From Endomicrobiales bacterium (lineage in GTDB: Bacteria; Elusimicrobiota; Endomicrobiia; Endomicrobiales; CAWCFT01), in contig CAWCFT010000004.1 in NCBI GenBank assembly GCA_963794945.1, positions 192,001-256,000 on the forward strand: a DNA stretch of 64,000 nt. Reading direction: 5' to 3'. This document shows positions 10,099 through 19,974 of the stretch, piece by piece. Both the position numbers and the translations under genes were made by a program. The notes below the pieces were generated by a model, which worked only from the letters and a program-made list of their open reading frames with translations, was not told the origin of the DNA and did not search any database. Positions within the stretch are counted from its first letter, which is position 1, and every line of letters begins with the position of its first letter.

Positions 10099-10123
10099 AT
10101 TCAGTAGATCAGTATTTTCATAA

Positions 10124-10329
10124 GTGTCCAAATTAACCCTTTTAGTGTCATACCCGAATTATTTTATCGGGTATCCATTTCCAAAAATGATTCTCTTATG
10201 TCGTTAGAACTTAAAGCATTAACATTGTTTTGGTTGTGGATTCCCGATAAAGAATTTCGGGAATGACCATCTTTTTAAAATTCAAATCCAGAATTTAGTA
10301 TCGACATAAAATATGTTCAATTTAGACAC
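10124..10329. mobile_element. MITE-like unit with GTGTCYAAATT TIRs around a GTCATACCCG...CGGGAATGAC paired palindrome
   Basis: GTGTCCAAATT at 10124 and AATTTAGACAC ending at 10329; inner arms at 10146-10177 and 10237-10267. Confidence 0.6.
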
Positions 10330-10336
10330 ACATACG

Positions 10337-10801
10337 CTATTTTACCATTTTTTCCATAAATATCATCTTAATTCCGTAAACTTCCGCGTACGTTCCTGTT
10401 ACCTTGTACCCAAGCTTGCTGTAGAGGCAGATATTTTTTTCGTCCTTATATCCGGTAAAAAGCTCGTACTTCAAAACGTTCGGGAAATATTTTTCTATCT
10501 CACCCATCAGCCGCTTTCCAATGCCTCTGTTTTGGTATTCCGGATGGACTATAACTTTTCCAATGTGGCAGGCGCCGCCGTCTTCGTAAGCCCTCACACT
10601 GCCTATAATTTTATCGCCGTCGACAGCTTTTAGAATAACGCCGCGGACAAACTCGGCCTCCACCTCTTTCAACGTCTGAGTGAGCGGCTGCATCTTAAAA
10701 TCGTTATAGCGCCGCGCGTTCTCCTGATAGCAAAGTTTCTGCAGTTCCAGTATCTCGGCGAGGTCGACGAGCCCGGCCTTTGTTATCTCTATGTTTTCCA
10801 T
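10337..10801 (-). CDS. GNAT family N-acetyltransferase
   Basis: VHPEYQNRGIGKRLM acetyl-CoA motif; LYSKLGY. Confidence 0.9.
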   Translation of the reverse strand: MENIEITKAGLVDLAEILELQKLCYQENARRYNDFKMQPLTQTLKEVEAEFVRGVILKAVDGDKIIGSVRAYEDGGACHIGKVIVHPEYQNRGIGKRLMGEIEKYFPNVLKYELFTGYKDEKNICLYSKLGYKVTGTYAEVYGIKMIFMEKMVK

Positions 10802-10843
10802 TTCCAGTATCTTCCGTCTGCCTGTGCAGTTGAGACGTTTACA

Positions 10844-10941
10844 CCCCTCTTTAGTTCAAAGAGGGGCGGGGGGAGTTCTTCGATGCTTTCTTGTGTCTCA
10901 CTTTTCTAACTCCCCTCGATCCCCTCTTTACAAATGAGGGG
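10844..10941. repeat. CCCCTCTTT/AAAGAGGGG paired palindromic element
   Basis: Two hairpins with GGGGAGTT/AACTCCCC inner arms. Confidence 0.65.
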
Positions 10942-11030
10942 AAGATTATTTTTCTGCTTTCTGCCCTTGAGCGAATTTATTAACCATTTTGACTATATCA
11001 ACTTACGTTTCACACTTTAACTACTTCATT

Positions 11031-12050
11031 TCAATGGGCAAACAGCAAAACACAAATATAAACAACATAGAACGACCCGCAAAATATCAGCGTCACGGGC
11101 GAGACCCGTTCGCGTATCTTAAGTTCTATCAAAATTATCAAGGCGCAGGCAAGAGCTATCACCGCGGAAAAAAGCGCCATGCCGGCTATGTGCCAGTCAG
11201 TAAACAACAAACCGATCGAAACCGGGAACGTGGACTGGAACACCATCGCGCCGGTGATGTTGCCGAACGCGAGGCCGTCTTTGCCTTTCAGCGTCCACGA
11301 AACGCTGTTGAACTTTTCGGGCAGTTCGGTCGCGATGGGCGCGAGCACGAGCGCGAACAGCAAAGGGTTGAGGCCGAACCGCGTTGACACGGCCTCAAGG
11401 CCTTTTACGAACACCTGCGCGCCGTAAACCATTATCACAAGCGCCGCCGCCACCTGCGCCGCGATAAGAAAAGTGCCCGGCGAAGCGCTCTTAATAAACC
11501 GGATCTTCGCAAAAAATGTGTTCAGGTGCAAGCCCTCGGGATGCTCTATCTCAGCGCTCTCTCCGTTGACTGTCCTTTGCACATACACCGCGTAACCCGC
11601 TATAAGCAATACCGCAAGCGGTAACTGCGCCGCTTTACCGGCAATCATCGGAATGAACACAGCGGCCGAGTACATCGCTATAAAAAATGTAAGGTCCCTG
11701 GCGGCGGACCCCGCCTCAATATTTATCTCGAATTCTCTCCTCTTGCAGATAAAAGTTATAAGAGCCGTGAGCCCCACAAGGAAAAACGCGAGAGTTGAAA
11801 GCATGAACGGCGCCCCGAGTATCGCGCCCGTCCCTATGGCTTTTCCCGCCCCCTTGCCGCCGAAGATTATCGCGACTACAGGCAAAATGGTTTCCGGCAG
11901 GGCCGTCCCCACCGCCGCGAGTATGCTCCCCACGACAGCCTGCGAGAACGAGAACCTCCTCCCCGCCGCTTCAACGCCGTTCGTAAACCCCTCGGTGGCC
12001 AGAAGTATCAGCCCAAGCCCCGCGATAAGCAAAAGAATGTTAATTATCAA
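11031..12050 (-). CDS. Sodium:calcium antiporter (CaCA family)
   Basis: Alpha-repeats AVGTALPE and PIATELPE; GAILGAPF / GNITGAM; about 10 TM helices. Confidence 0.9.
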   Translation of the reverse strand: MIINILLLIAGLGLILLATEGFTNGVEAAGRRFSFSQAVVGSILAAVGTALPETILPVVAIIFGGKGAGKAIGTGAILGAPFMLSTLAFFLVGLTALITFICKRREFEINIEAGSAARDLTFFIAMYSAAVFIPMIAGKAAQLPLAVLLIAGYAVYVQRTVNGESAEIEHPEGLHLNTFFAKIRFIKSASPGTFLIAAQVAAALVIMVYGAQVFVKGLEAVSTRFGLNPLLFALVLAPIATELPEKFNSVSWTLKGKDGLAFGNITGAMVFQSTFPVSIGLLFTDWHIAGMALFSAVIALACALIILIELKIRERVSPVTLIFCGSFYVVYICVLLFAH

Positions 12051-12083
12051 AATCTTCCTTTTTATAATTTAAGTTTGATCGCT

Positions 12084-13445
12084 TCAATTACTTCCTGCAT
12101 CATCTGTATCCATGCTTTGAGATAGGCGGCTTTTGGCTTCATCAATACCCGGTTTGAGCAGCTCCTGCTGGGTTTGTGGGATGAAGGTTTCATACTGCGC
12201 CTTTATGCTTGCCATATCCGCGGGGGACATCCGCCCGCTGTTTATCAGCTCAAGCATTTTCCTTTTCTGTTCTTCAACTTCCGCTGCCGCACCATTATCA
12301 GTTCTTGGGCTTTGCTTGCCTGCCCCTGCCTCTTCGGCAGGCATTGATGGGGCAGGGCCAGCAATGACGGTCTCAGTATTGTCTTTGCGAACCGGAGGTG
12401 AAGCAATCTCGTTCTTCTTGGAGCCAGATTTGCTGGCAGGATGTAATGCCTGAAGCTCGGCCTTTAAGTCTGATATTTCTTTCAGGCAGGCAGATGTGTC
12501 TTTGCCCGCCTTTTTTAAATTACTGATATGGGCTTGAGCGGACTTTAAAAGTTTCTGAACAGTGGCTATTTTGGCCGCGGCTTCCTTCTTTTGGGCTTTG
12601 AGGTTGGGTTTGGGAGGCTTGGGCTGGTTCTGTTCTTCCCTAAACTTCTGGCGAGCGTCTAATACGGCCTTGGTTATTACATCATCCGGGGTGTCTTCTG
12701 GGAAGTAGGCTTCTATCTTTATTCCCTTGCCTGACTTGGTGCACTTGACGCCCTTCGGCCTGGCAACCTGAGCCTTGTGTGCTTCTTCAGCCGTCTTTGA
12801 TGGGTCGGCCAACATAGTGTCAACCAGCTTCCGGGTAGCGTCTCTGGTTAAATTTTTTGAAATTATAATGTTAAATGCCTTTTCCTGAAGCTCGGCATTG
12901 GGCAGGCGGGTAAGTTCCACTGCATGGGTTCTGGAAAAGTTCTGCCCGCAGAACTTTTCTATAATGGATGCGGGCAATTCTAATATATTAAGAGATTCGC
13001 TTATATAACTGGGTGCTTTCTCTGCCGCTACTGCTATTTCTTCCTGGCTCATGCCATCATCCTTAAGCTGTTTGTAATCAGCAGCCTCTTCCCAAAAATT
13101 CAGGTTCTGCTTGAGGTTGTCTATCATACAGGCTGTTTTGGCCTGCTTCTCGCTATCAAAGGTCATAACCAGGACGTCTACCATACTAAGGCCGGCCATC
13201 CCGCAGGCCCGAAGCCTACGCTCGCCGCCAATAAGCTCGTAGAGTTTGCCTTCAAACAACTCTATGCCCTCAGGCAGGGTGGCCGGAACCGGCACCTCGC
13301 GAACTTTCAGTGGTTCTTCTAGCCCATTGGCTTTAATTGACTCCGCAAGGGCTTTAATACCCGTTTCATTAAAATCCTTCCTTGTCTGATACCTGGACAC
13401 CAAAATGCTCTTCAAAGAAACCTTCTTGACAACCGGCTCAGCCAT
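12084..13445 (-). CDS. ParB/RepB/Spo0J family protein with a long Lys-rich C-terminal extension
   Basis: QTRKDF, LAESIKANGLEEPL, YELIGGERRLRA (CTPase arginine patch), HTH SQEEIAVAAEKAPSYIS; SD GGAGG. Confidence 0.9.
   Translation of the reverse strand: MAEPVVKKVSLKSILVSRYQTRKDFNETGIKALAESIKANGLEEPLKVREVPVPATLPEGIELFEGKLYELIGGERRLRACGMAGLSMVDVLVMTFDSEKQAKTACMIDNLKQNLNFWEEAADYKQLKDDGMSQEEIAVAAEKAPSYISESLNILELPASIIEKFCGQNFSRTHAVELTRLPNAELQEKAFNIIISKNLTRDATRKLVDTMLADPSKTAEEAHKAQVARPKGVKCTKSGKGIKIEAYFPEDTPDDVITKAVLDARQKFREEQNQPKPPKPNLKAQKKEAAAKIATVQKLLKSAQAHISNLKKAGKDTSACLKEISDLKAELQALHPASKSGSKKNEIASPPVRKDNTETVIAGPAPSMPAEEAGAGKQSPRTDNGAAAEVEEQKRKMLELINSGRMSPADMASIKAQYETFIPQTQQELLKPGIDEAKSRLSQSMDTDDAGSN
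12307..12412. repeat. Two palindromic repeat arms inside the ParB coding sequence
   Basis: GTCTTTGCGAACC-GGAG-GTGAAGCAATCTCGT matches the intergenic copy at 39462-39495; second arm ends GCAATGAC. Confidence 0.75.
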
Positions 13446-13493
13446 AAAAAACCTCCCTCATTTTTTATTGGGCCTTTAATTTTAAGCGCCTCG

Positions 13494-15408
13494 GGCCCTG
13501 CGCTCTTCCTTTTGACTATGTCCCTCCCTATTTCTTCACTGACACCAAACCTTACTTATAGTTCATATTACATCATTTGTAGGTTAGTGTTAATAGTGAA
13601 ACTTTAACGGAACGCTAGCTACGAGTTCTTCCTTTTGAATCTCCAACTCCGGCATTGTCAGTTTTAAAATTATGTCAAATTAATTAGAACCGTCCCTATT
13701 TATATTTTTAAACAACTCAAGATTGATAACATTTCTTCATTTCGCCCATATTCCCTATATCTTTTTGCTGAGATCTTCTGTTAAATATTTCCCTTCAAGA
13801 ACAGCTGATGGGTTCCTTAACAGAGCAAGCCAAGTAAATATCGCCAGGGATGATATTTTGTTAGTAATATTTCCATCATGGATAGTTAAATATTCAGGTT
13901 TTTCTATATTATACCCATGATGAGTATTTCTTATGCCCCTTATGAAACCTGTTACATATTCTTCAAAATCTACCTGTTTTGATTTCGTTCCTTTTAAAAT
14001 AACACTTCTACCTACTAGTCTACCAGATACAAATATCCCTTCCTGGATAGTTTTATACAACTCTTTAATAGTATCATTACATCTATTTCTAAAGAAATTA
14101 TTAAACGGAGAAGGATATTTTCCACAAAGAAACGATATATTTTTAAGGCAACGCTCTTTGAAGTATTCCTTGAAAGCTTCACCATCTGATGTAATTGATG
14201 ATTTCGAATGTTTATGAATAATAGAAGACAATTGATCAATCATTGAAAACAGCATAGTACGTTTTATAAAGTGATTAAAGAATTCTGTTTCAATTAAAAG
14301 TGTTTCATGTGCTATTCTTCTTATAGTTAGATTATCAAAGTGCCATGCTAATACATCTAGATATGGTCTATTCTTTATATCTTCATAATTTGTAGGTTCT
14401 AGAAGATATTGATATAACCTATTCATTCCGCCTACATAATCATGCAAAAAGCAATCTAAATCTTTTATATCCCATTGTATTTTCTCAATTTGTTTTACGT
14501 GTTCTTTGAGCGTTTTGAATGTCTCTGAAAAAAATGTACTGTCTTTACGAATAATATCTTGAATTCGCCCAGGAAAAGGCTCAGTATATTCTGTTGGTTT
14601 ATCAAATAACAGTATGAAAGCCCCTCCAACTCTTTCAGAAGATATGCCTGTAAGATATGGAGGGAATAATCCAAAAAATGGGTTCAATGTTGTCGAACCT
14701 CCCAACTCTACCTGACAATCAAGAGAATGAAGTGTTTTAATACCTTCAAATTTATTTCTATCATTAGTCAACACTTCTGGTATCTCTCTAGAAGCGAACA
14801 GAATCCTCATCGCACTCATGTTTAGGTTTACTTCTTCATGCACCTTAAGAAAATATATTCGTCCATTCCGAAACATTTTAACGAATTCCGGATTAATCAT
14901 ATTAATTACTTTATCAATCTGATCATTTCCTGACCTAAATAGATATTGAGTGAAAAGAGCCAATTTATCTTTATATTCTTTCTTTTCTGCTACCAATGAA
15001 CCAAATCTATTTAAGTCTTTATCATTAATTATAGATGGATATGTAAATTTATATTCTCTTAGCCACTTCTTTAATGCCTCAATGCTATTTTCAATGATAT
15101 TGCTACCTTCACTTATCTGTAATAATTCAAAATATATTTCTGTTGACTTTTTCTGATAAAATTCAAGCTCATCTCCTATTTGTTTAAAATTGTATTTAGA
15201 ATGTGTGGCGAGATAATTAATAAATGTACTATAATCCCTTTTTCCAGGACAATAATCGTTCAACTTAATTTTTACGCCCATATTGCCTCTTAATCGTTAT
15301 TTACTCTTTTCAATCAACATCCTTTTTCTCAATCGGCCTCTTCTATCATTTATTTCCTGCAAAAGCTCGTCGGTGGCCCCGCGCTCTTCATTTTGAATCC
15401 CCGACTCC
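13494..15408 (+). repeat. Three imperfect direct repeats (13494-13515, 13622-13650, 15375-15408)
   Basis: Core GCTCTTCMTTTTGA; 24/29 identity between copies 2 and 3, 20/22 between copies 1 and 3. Confidence 0.7.
13755..15281 (-). CDS. AT-rich hypothetical protein with a C-terminal HEPN-like motif
   Basis: 508-aa ORF with low GC; helical C-terminus containing FIRGIRNTHHG. Confidence 0.6.
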   Translation of the reverse strand: MGVKIKLNDYCPGKRDYSTFINYLATHSKYNFKQIGDELEFYQKKSTEIYFELLQISEGSNIIENSIEALKKWLREYKFTYPSIINDKDLNRFGSLVAEKKEYKDKLALFTQYLFRSGNDQIDKVINMINPEFVKMFRNGRIYFLKVHEEVNLNMSAMRILFASREIPEVLTNDRNKFEGIKTLHSLDCQVELGGSTTLNPFFGLFPPYLTGISSERVGGAFILLFDKPTEYTEPFPGRIQDIIRKDSTFFSETFKTLKEHVKQIEKIQWDIKDLDCFLHDYVGGMNRLYQYLLEPTNYEDIKNRPYLDVLAWHFDNLTIRRIAHETLLIETEFFNHFIKRTMLFSMIDQLSSIIHKHSKSSITSDGEAFKEYFKERCLKNISFLCGKYPSPFNNFFRNRCNDTIKELYKTIQEGIFVSGRLVGRSVILKGTKSKQVDFEEYVTGFIRGIRNTHHGYNIEKPEYLTIHDGNITNKISSLAIFTWLALLRNPSAVLEGKYLTEDLSKKI

Positions 15409-15453
15409 AACTTTGAGTCAATTTACAGAACATGACTGAAAAATAAATTAAGT

Positions 15454-16140
15454 TTAAAAGATTATTGAAATCGGTGCATGCGTTGTGAAATCGTCTACCA
15501 AAAAACCGCTAATTGGGTTTAAATGTAAAACGCGATAATATTTGTCAACAATATTTTTAATAGAGTCAGCTGCGCTGTACAATTCCCTATAAATCATGGG
15601 GTTTTCGTCTATGTGTTTGTAGTGGTTTTTATCAAGATGCCCAAATCTCTTATTTCGGTACACTTTCGGCTTTTGCGTAACTTCCATCAACTTAGCTATA
15701 TCGGCTTTTATAGCCTTGATACTAATGTAATCATCTTTGCTAATATACTCTTTCCAATCAATTTCAGCAGCTTTGTTTTGATCACTTACATCGTCGGAGC
15801 TGTTAACAACCCCCGTTGCGAACCTATTCCATTCCTTACAGAATTGTCTAAGATTAAATATACTTTCTTCGGGTTTACTAGATAAATTTATTGATTTATT
15901 CAAGAAATTTACAAGCGAAACACTTTCTTTATTTTCATCAATATGGCGACAGAGCGATAATACCATAGCAACTGTCGAATTATAACTTATTACCTGAGTA
16001 AAGATATTAATAGGCCGCGGTGTTTTAACAGAACCTCTAAATCTCTTATCAAATTCAACGAGCGTTATTAAATCGAGAGTATCATACAATATTAATTTTA
16101 TTTCTTTTCGCAATGAGTCCAATCTCTCTTTATCAATCAT
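15454..16140 (-). CDS. HEPN-domain protein (AbiU2-like)
   Basis: 228 aa, low GC; MVLSLCRHID...SVSLVNFL and YRNKRFGHLD (RN-x4-H-x-D); SD GAGG. Confidence 0.72.
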   Translation of the reverse strand: MIDKERLDSLRKEIKLILYDTLDLITLVEFDKRFRGSVKTPRPINIFTQVISYNSTVAMVLSLCRHIDENKESVSLVNFLNKSINLSSKPEESIFNLRQFCKEWNRFATGVVNSSDDVSDQNKAAEIDWKEYISKDDYISIKAIKADIAKLMEVTQKPKVYRNKRFGHLDKNHYKHIDENPMIYRELYSAADSIKNIVDKYYRVLHLNPISGFLVDDFTTHAPISIIF

Positions 16141-16206
16141 TAGTTATCCTCTCTTTGCCCGCAATGAGGCCAGATCTTGCCTCTTGTTCTAGAAATACTT
16201 TCCCAA

Positions 16207-16982
16207 CTATCTCATCAACTCTTGTAATTTAATATCCGGGTTGTGATACCTTGATCTGCCGACTGTGTTTTTGCCGTATTGGATCGCCGTCATGGGGCAC
16301 CACTGGATGCAGGCCATGCATTGCTCGCACTTGTGGCGCCAGACGGGTTTTCTGTTCTCGATAGATATGTTTTCCACGGGGCAGATCTTCGCGCATATGC
16401 CGCAGGCGTTGCAGGTATCCTGTGCCCAGAATTTAGCGTCCATCCCGTGTATCCTGGGCATCGATGTTTTATAAAGCATACCTGACAACATATTTATAAA
16501 TATATTGCTTTTTTCGAGTATGCCGCTTTCATTATTCTTTACCACACGGACTATTTCGGCTATTTTGGCTTTCGCGTTCTCAAACAGCTTCGCCTGCGCC
16601 TGCGGCGGTTTCGCGCCGTACATCACTACATAATTTCCCGGCATATTGACTACGAAACCGGCGCTTAAAACCCCGCCGCTTTGCTTTAACAGGCCTTTAA
16701 ACTGCGCGTTAGTCGCCCCGGGGCTTCCGCCGTGGGTAACTACAGAAAATACATATTTCCCTTTCAGGCCCTGAAGCTTTTTTATAAACTCGACGACAAG
16801 CAAAGGCACACCGCACATGTAAACCGGGAACACAAAACCAACCTTATCGGCGCCGGCTCGCCGTCTTTCTTAATAGCCTCGCCTATAGAAATAATTTCAG
16901 TGTCTCCAAGCCCGGCGGCGATATCCTTAGCCACCTTAAGCGAATTCCCCGTTCCCGAAAAATAATATATTACAGCCTTCAT
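16207..16982 (-). CDS. EFR1-family flavodoxin/ferredoxin fusion; frameshift near 16850
   Basis: YYFSGTGNSLKVA N-terminus (16782..16982) joins FPVY...MPGNY and two CxxCxxCxxxCP motifs. Confidence 0.9.
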
Positions 16983-17039
16983 ATTACCTCCATACCACGC
17001 CCCGCTTATTCCGCATATTACTTATTTCCGCTCTTTGAA

Positions 17040-17636
17040 TCAATAATACTGCAGCCCTTTAAGGAAGGCTTCAAGCTTTTCCTGGTAAGCCTTGGGGTCT
17101 TTGTTCTTTATCTCTCCCGCGAAAAAACCGCCTGCGGAAACGGCTTTTTTGCCGGCAAGGGTTTCTATCTTTTTAATTGTTTTATCAGGCTTGCTGCCGC
17201 CGGATGTCGTGAAAACGGATATACTTTTGAACGATTGTTTGTTGTTGGTTATGTAGGTTCTGATAGCAGGCGTCATGTTCCCGGCCCAAATAGGCGTGCC
17301 CAGTATTACCATTTCGTATTTTGAAGGGTCATACTTTACCGTTTCTATATCCGCCAGTTTCTCCTGCGAGGCGTCTTTGCCGGACTTTATCCAACCCATG
17401 ACGCCGCTGCGGTCTTTTTTATCGACAAGTTGTTCAACATCCGCGTTAAGAGCCGCGGCAATATCCGCGGCGACTTTTTTGGTGTTGCCGGTACGGCTGT
17501 AAAAAACTACCAGAGCTTTCTTTTGGGGTGTCACTTGCGCCCCCTCTTTAGCCTGACCTGTTTGAAGCCCCGCCGCGAACAACTGTCCGGCGGCCATAAG
17601 CGCCACAACCACAATAAAACAATGAACAATACGCAT
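17040..17636 (-). CDS. Flavodoxin with an N-terminal signal peptide
   Basis: VVFYSRTGNT and LGTPIWAG motifs; SD AGGAGG before MRIVH. Confidence 0.85.
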   Translation of the reverse strand: MRIVHCFIVVVALMAAGQLFAAGLQTGQAKEGAQVTPQKKALVVFYSRTGNTKKVAADIAAALNADVEQLVDKKDRSGVMGWIKSGKDASQEKLADIETVKYDPSKYEMVILGTPIWAGNMTPAIRTYITNNKQSFKSISVFTTSGGSKPDKTIKKIETLAGKKAVSAGGFFAGEIKNKDPKAYQEKLEAFLKGLQYY

Positions 17637-17841
17637 GTTATTCCTCCTTTGGGATATGGGGTCAGGTCTTGATTCTTGCCTAACCACATTTTTCAACTTC
17701 TTGATATATTTATCGTTTGTCTCAACCGGTCTTCTTCTGCTCCTTTACCACATTAATGGAAGGAAACGCTTCAACGATTCTTTATTTTATCTATTGTATT
17801 TATTTTACGAGCTTGATCAGTACCAATACAAATATTTGGTG

Positions 17842-18503
17842 TTACTTTAGCCTGCTTTTTCCCTTTGGGCATACCTGCATACACAATCCACAAGGGTGTT
17901 TGAAACCAAGTATTTTCTTTAATTTCGTTCGCTCGCCGCTGCACGTGAAAGCATCTATCAACGTTGTGCGTTCGCAGCCTGGTGACCATGTACCTCCGCG
18001 AAGTGCGCCGTACGGGCACACGTGCACACAAAGCATGCAACCGCCGCACCGGCTTTCGGTTACTGGTATACCCGGCTTCAGCGGGGCATCGGTAAGAACA
18101 GTAGCGATCCGTATGCCGCAGCCGTAATCGTCTGAAACAAAAAGGCAGTTCCTACCGACCACCCTAAGCCCGCACGGGTAGCGGCTATTTTGTGTGAAAA
18201 GTCAGCGGTAAGTACTCTACGCTGGCTTGAAACAGCGGGCGAAAACGTGCGAAAGCCCCGGCTAAGAAGCACTTGTTCCACCCGGGCTATGACCGAATGT
18301 ATCTGTTCCCTGGTTTCAGCAAGATGCCAGTGGAACCGAGCAGGGTCCTTATGCAGCGCGGCGACCACGCCAGCGGCGTAAGCGATGCCAAGCGATACTG
18401 CACGCTGAAATTTACCCGCGCCCCGCACACCTCGAACATCGGCGAAACCTATAATATCAGCTCCTGCCCGCAAGGCCGAGTCCCTTAAAGCCTTTTCGAT
18501 CAC
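17842..18503 (-). CDS. Epoxyqueuosine-reductase-like 4Fe-4S protein; frameshift near 18160
   Basis: GADIIGFAD, FSHKIAATRAGLG | GRNCLF...YG..IRIATVLTD, CGGCMLCVHVCP, CGLCMQVCP. Confidence 0.82.
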
Positions 18504-18555
18504 TTAATTTTGTCCTTTCTGTTTATAAAATGCCTTCGAGCCCGCCGCCAGCTTG

Positions 18556-19824
18556 TCAAGGCGTCTGGGAATCACCGAGCGTTGCCGCTATCTTATCTTC
18601 TTCAAGGTCTTCGAGCTCCCGCTTGCGGTTTGCCCCCGTCACAGCGGGGCGCCCGTAAAGCATTCGGAAAACCCATGCGGCGTTCAGCAGCAAAAGTCCG
18701 CTGGTAACAAAGAATACTGAGCGTATCCCGAACAAGGCCGCCACCTGTCCTCCCAGAACCGAACCCGCGAAAATACCTAAGTATTGGCCCGATATATTGA
18801 AGCCGAATACCCTGCCGGTGATAGACTCCGGCACGGCGTGTTTTACCATGGCATTGAGCGCAGGCATCAGCCCGGCGGTAGCGAGGCCCAATAGGAAGCG
18901 AAGGCCCATGAGCTGCCAGGGATTATGCACGAAAGCCTGAGGTACGAGCAGCACTCCCGCGGCGGCCAGCGCCACGAGCGTCACTTTTTGTGGCCCGATC
19001 CTGTCGGTAAGCTTTCCCAGGCGCGGGGCGGCCAGAACGCTGGACAGGCCGGAAGCCGCGAAAACCATCCCCGACATGAGCGCGACGTGAGCTCCGGTTT
19101 TGGAGAGCTGAGAGATATAAATAGTGATTATGGGCTCGATTGTGCAGAGAGCCACCGACACCATGAACGTAGACGTAAAGACTATGAAAAGCAGTCCCGT
19201 ATCCGGCACCTGCCGCCATATCTCTCTTATGCCAGGGGCTTTCCGGCCGGTTCGGACAAAATGTTCTTCCACCCGCAAGAGGGTAGCGGCAAAGACGGCT
19301 ATCATCAGCGCGCCGGTTATCCAGAATATGCTCCGAAGGCCCGCGGTTTCCGCCAGAAAGCCGCCAAGCAAAGGGCCGAGCAGGGAACCTGCGATGGAGG
19401 CTGTGCTAAGCGTGCCCAGCGCCCAGCCCGCGTTTTCCATCGGCACCTGGGTAGCTATCAAAGTTATGCAGGCTGTGCTGTAGCCCGTGATGACACCCTG
19501 CAGCAGCCGGAGCACGATCAACTGATGCACGTTCTGCGCAAACCCCATTGAAAAGATAACGAGCGCCATACCGAGGCTTGCCCGCAGAAGCATGGGCTTG
19601 CGCCCGAAAGTATCCGCGGCGTGGCCCCAGACCGGTGAGAATACCGCAGAGAGTATAAAGGTAGCGCCGAAAGCGATGCCCGAAAGGCGTGCGATGGAGG
19701 CGGAGTCCGCCACGCCGAGCATCTTAATGTAAAGCGGCAGTATAGGGGCAAGCTGGCTCATCCCGATAGAGGTGATGAACATGCCGAACCAGCAAACTGT
19801 TAAATTCTTCTTCCAGATATCCAT
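18556..19824 (-). CDS. MFS multidrug transporter (DHA1, MdtG-like)
   Basis: WKKNLTVCWFG, WGHAADTFGRKPMLLRA, 12 TM helices. Confidence 0.92.
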   Translation of the reverse strand: MDIWKKNLTVCWFGMFITSIGMSQLAPILPLYIKMLGVADSASIARLSGIAFGATFILSAVFSPVWGHAADTFGRKPMLLRASLGMALVIFSMGFAQNVHQLIVLRLLQGVITGYSTACITLIATQVPMENAGWALGTLSTASIAGSLLGPLLGGFLAETAGLRSIFWITGALMIAVFAATLLRVEEHFVRTGRKAPGIREIWRQVPDTGLLFIVFTSTFMVSVALCTIEPIITIYISQLSKTGAHVALMSGMVFAASGLSSVLAAPRLGKLTDRIGPQKVTLVALAAAGVLLVPQAFVHNPWQLMGLRFLLGLATAGLMPALNAMVKHAVPESITGRVFGFNISGQYLGIFAGSVLGGQVAALFGIRSVFFVTSGLLLLNAAWVFRMLYGRPAVTGANRKRELEDLEEDKIAATLGDSQTP

Positions 19825-19942
19825 GTTTATTTATTCTTTTGAGAAATAGTGATGTTAGCCAAAACCGCTGTATCTCCAAACTCACCCTGCCCTCTCTTTA
19901 TCAAAAAGAGAGGGTAACTGTGCGTAAAATTAGTGATAAAAT

Positions 19943-19974
19943 AAAAAAAGCCACACCGCGAGAGCAGTATAGCC
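19943..19974 (-). terminator. Intrinsic terminator in the MFS 5' leader (attenuator candidate)
   Basis: GGCUAUACUGC-UCUC-GCGGUGUGGCU followed by U-tract, located between an extended -10 (TGcTATAAT, 20052-20060) and the MFS start. Confidence 0.65.

Noticed and set aside
13684..13701. TAGAACCGTCCCTATTT, reminiscent of a RAYT-associated REP half
   Set aside because: Single arm only, no partner or transposase; too little to call.
13600..15460. Integron attC sites around the AT-rich genes
   Set aside because: No RYYYAAC/GTTRRRY-bounded palindromes and no integrase in the window.
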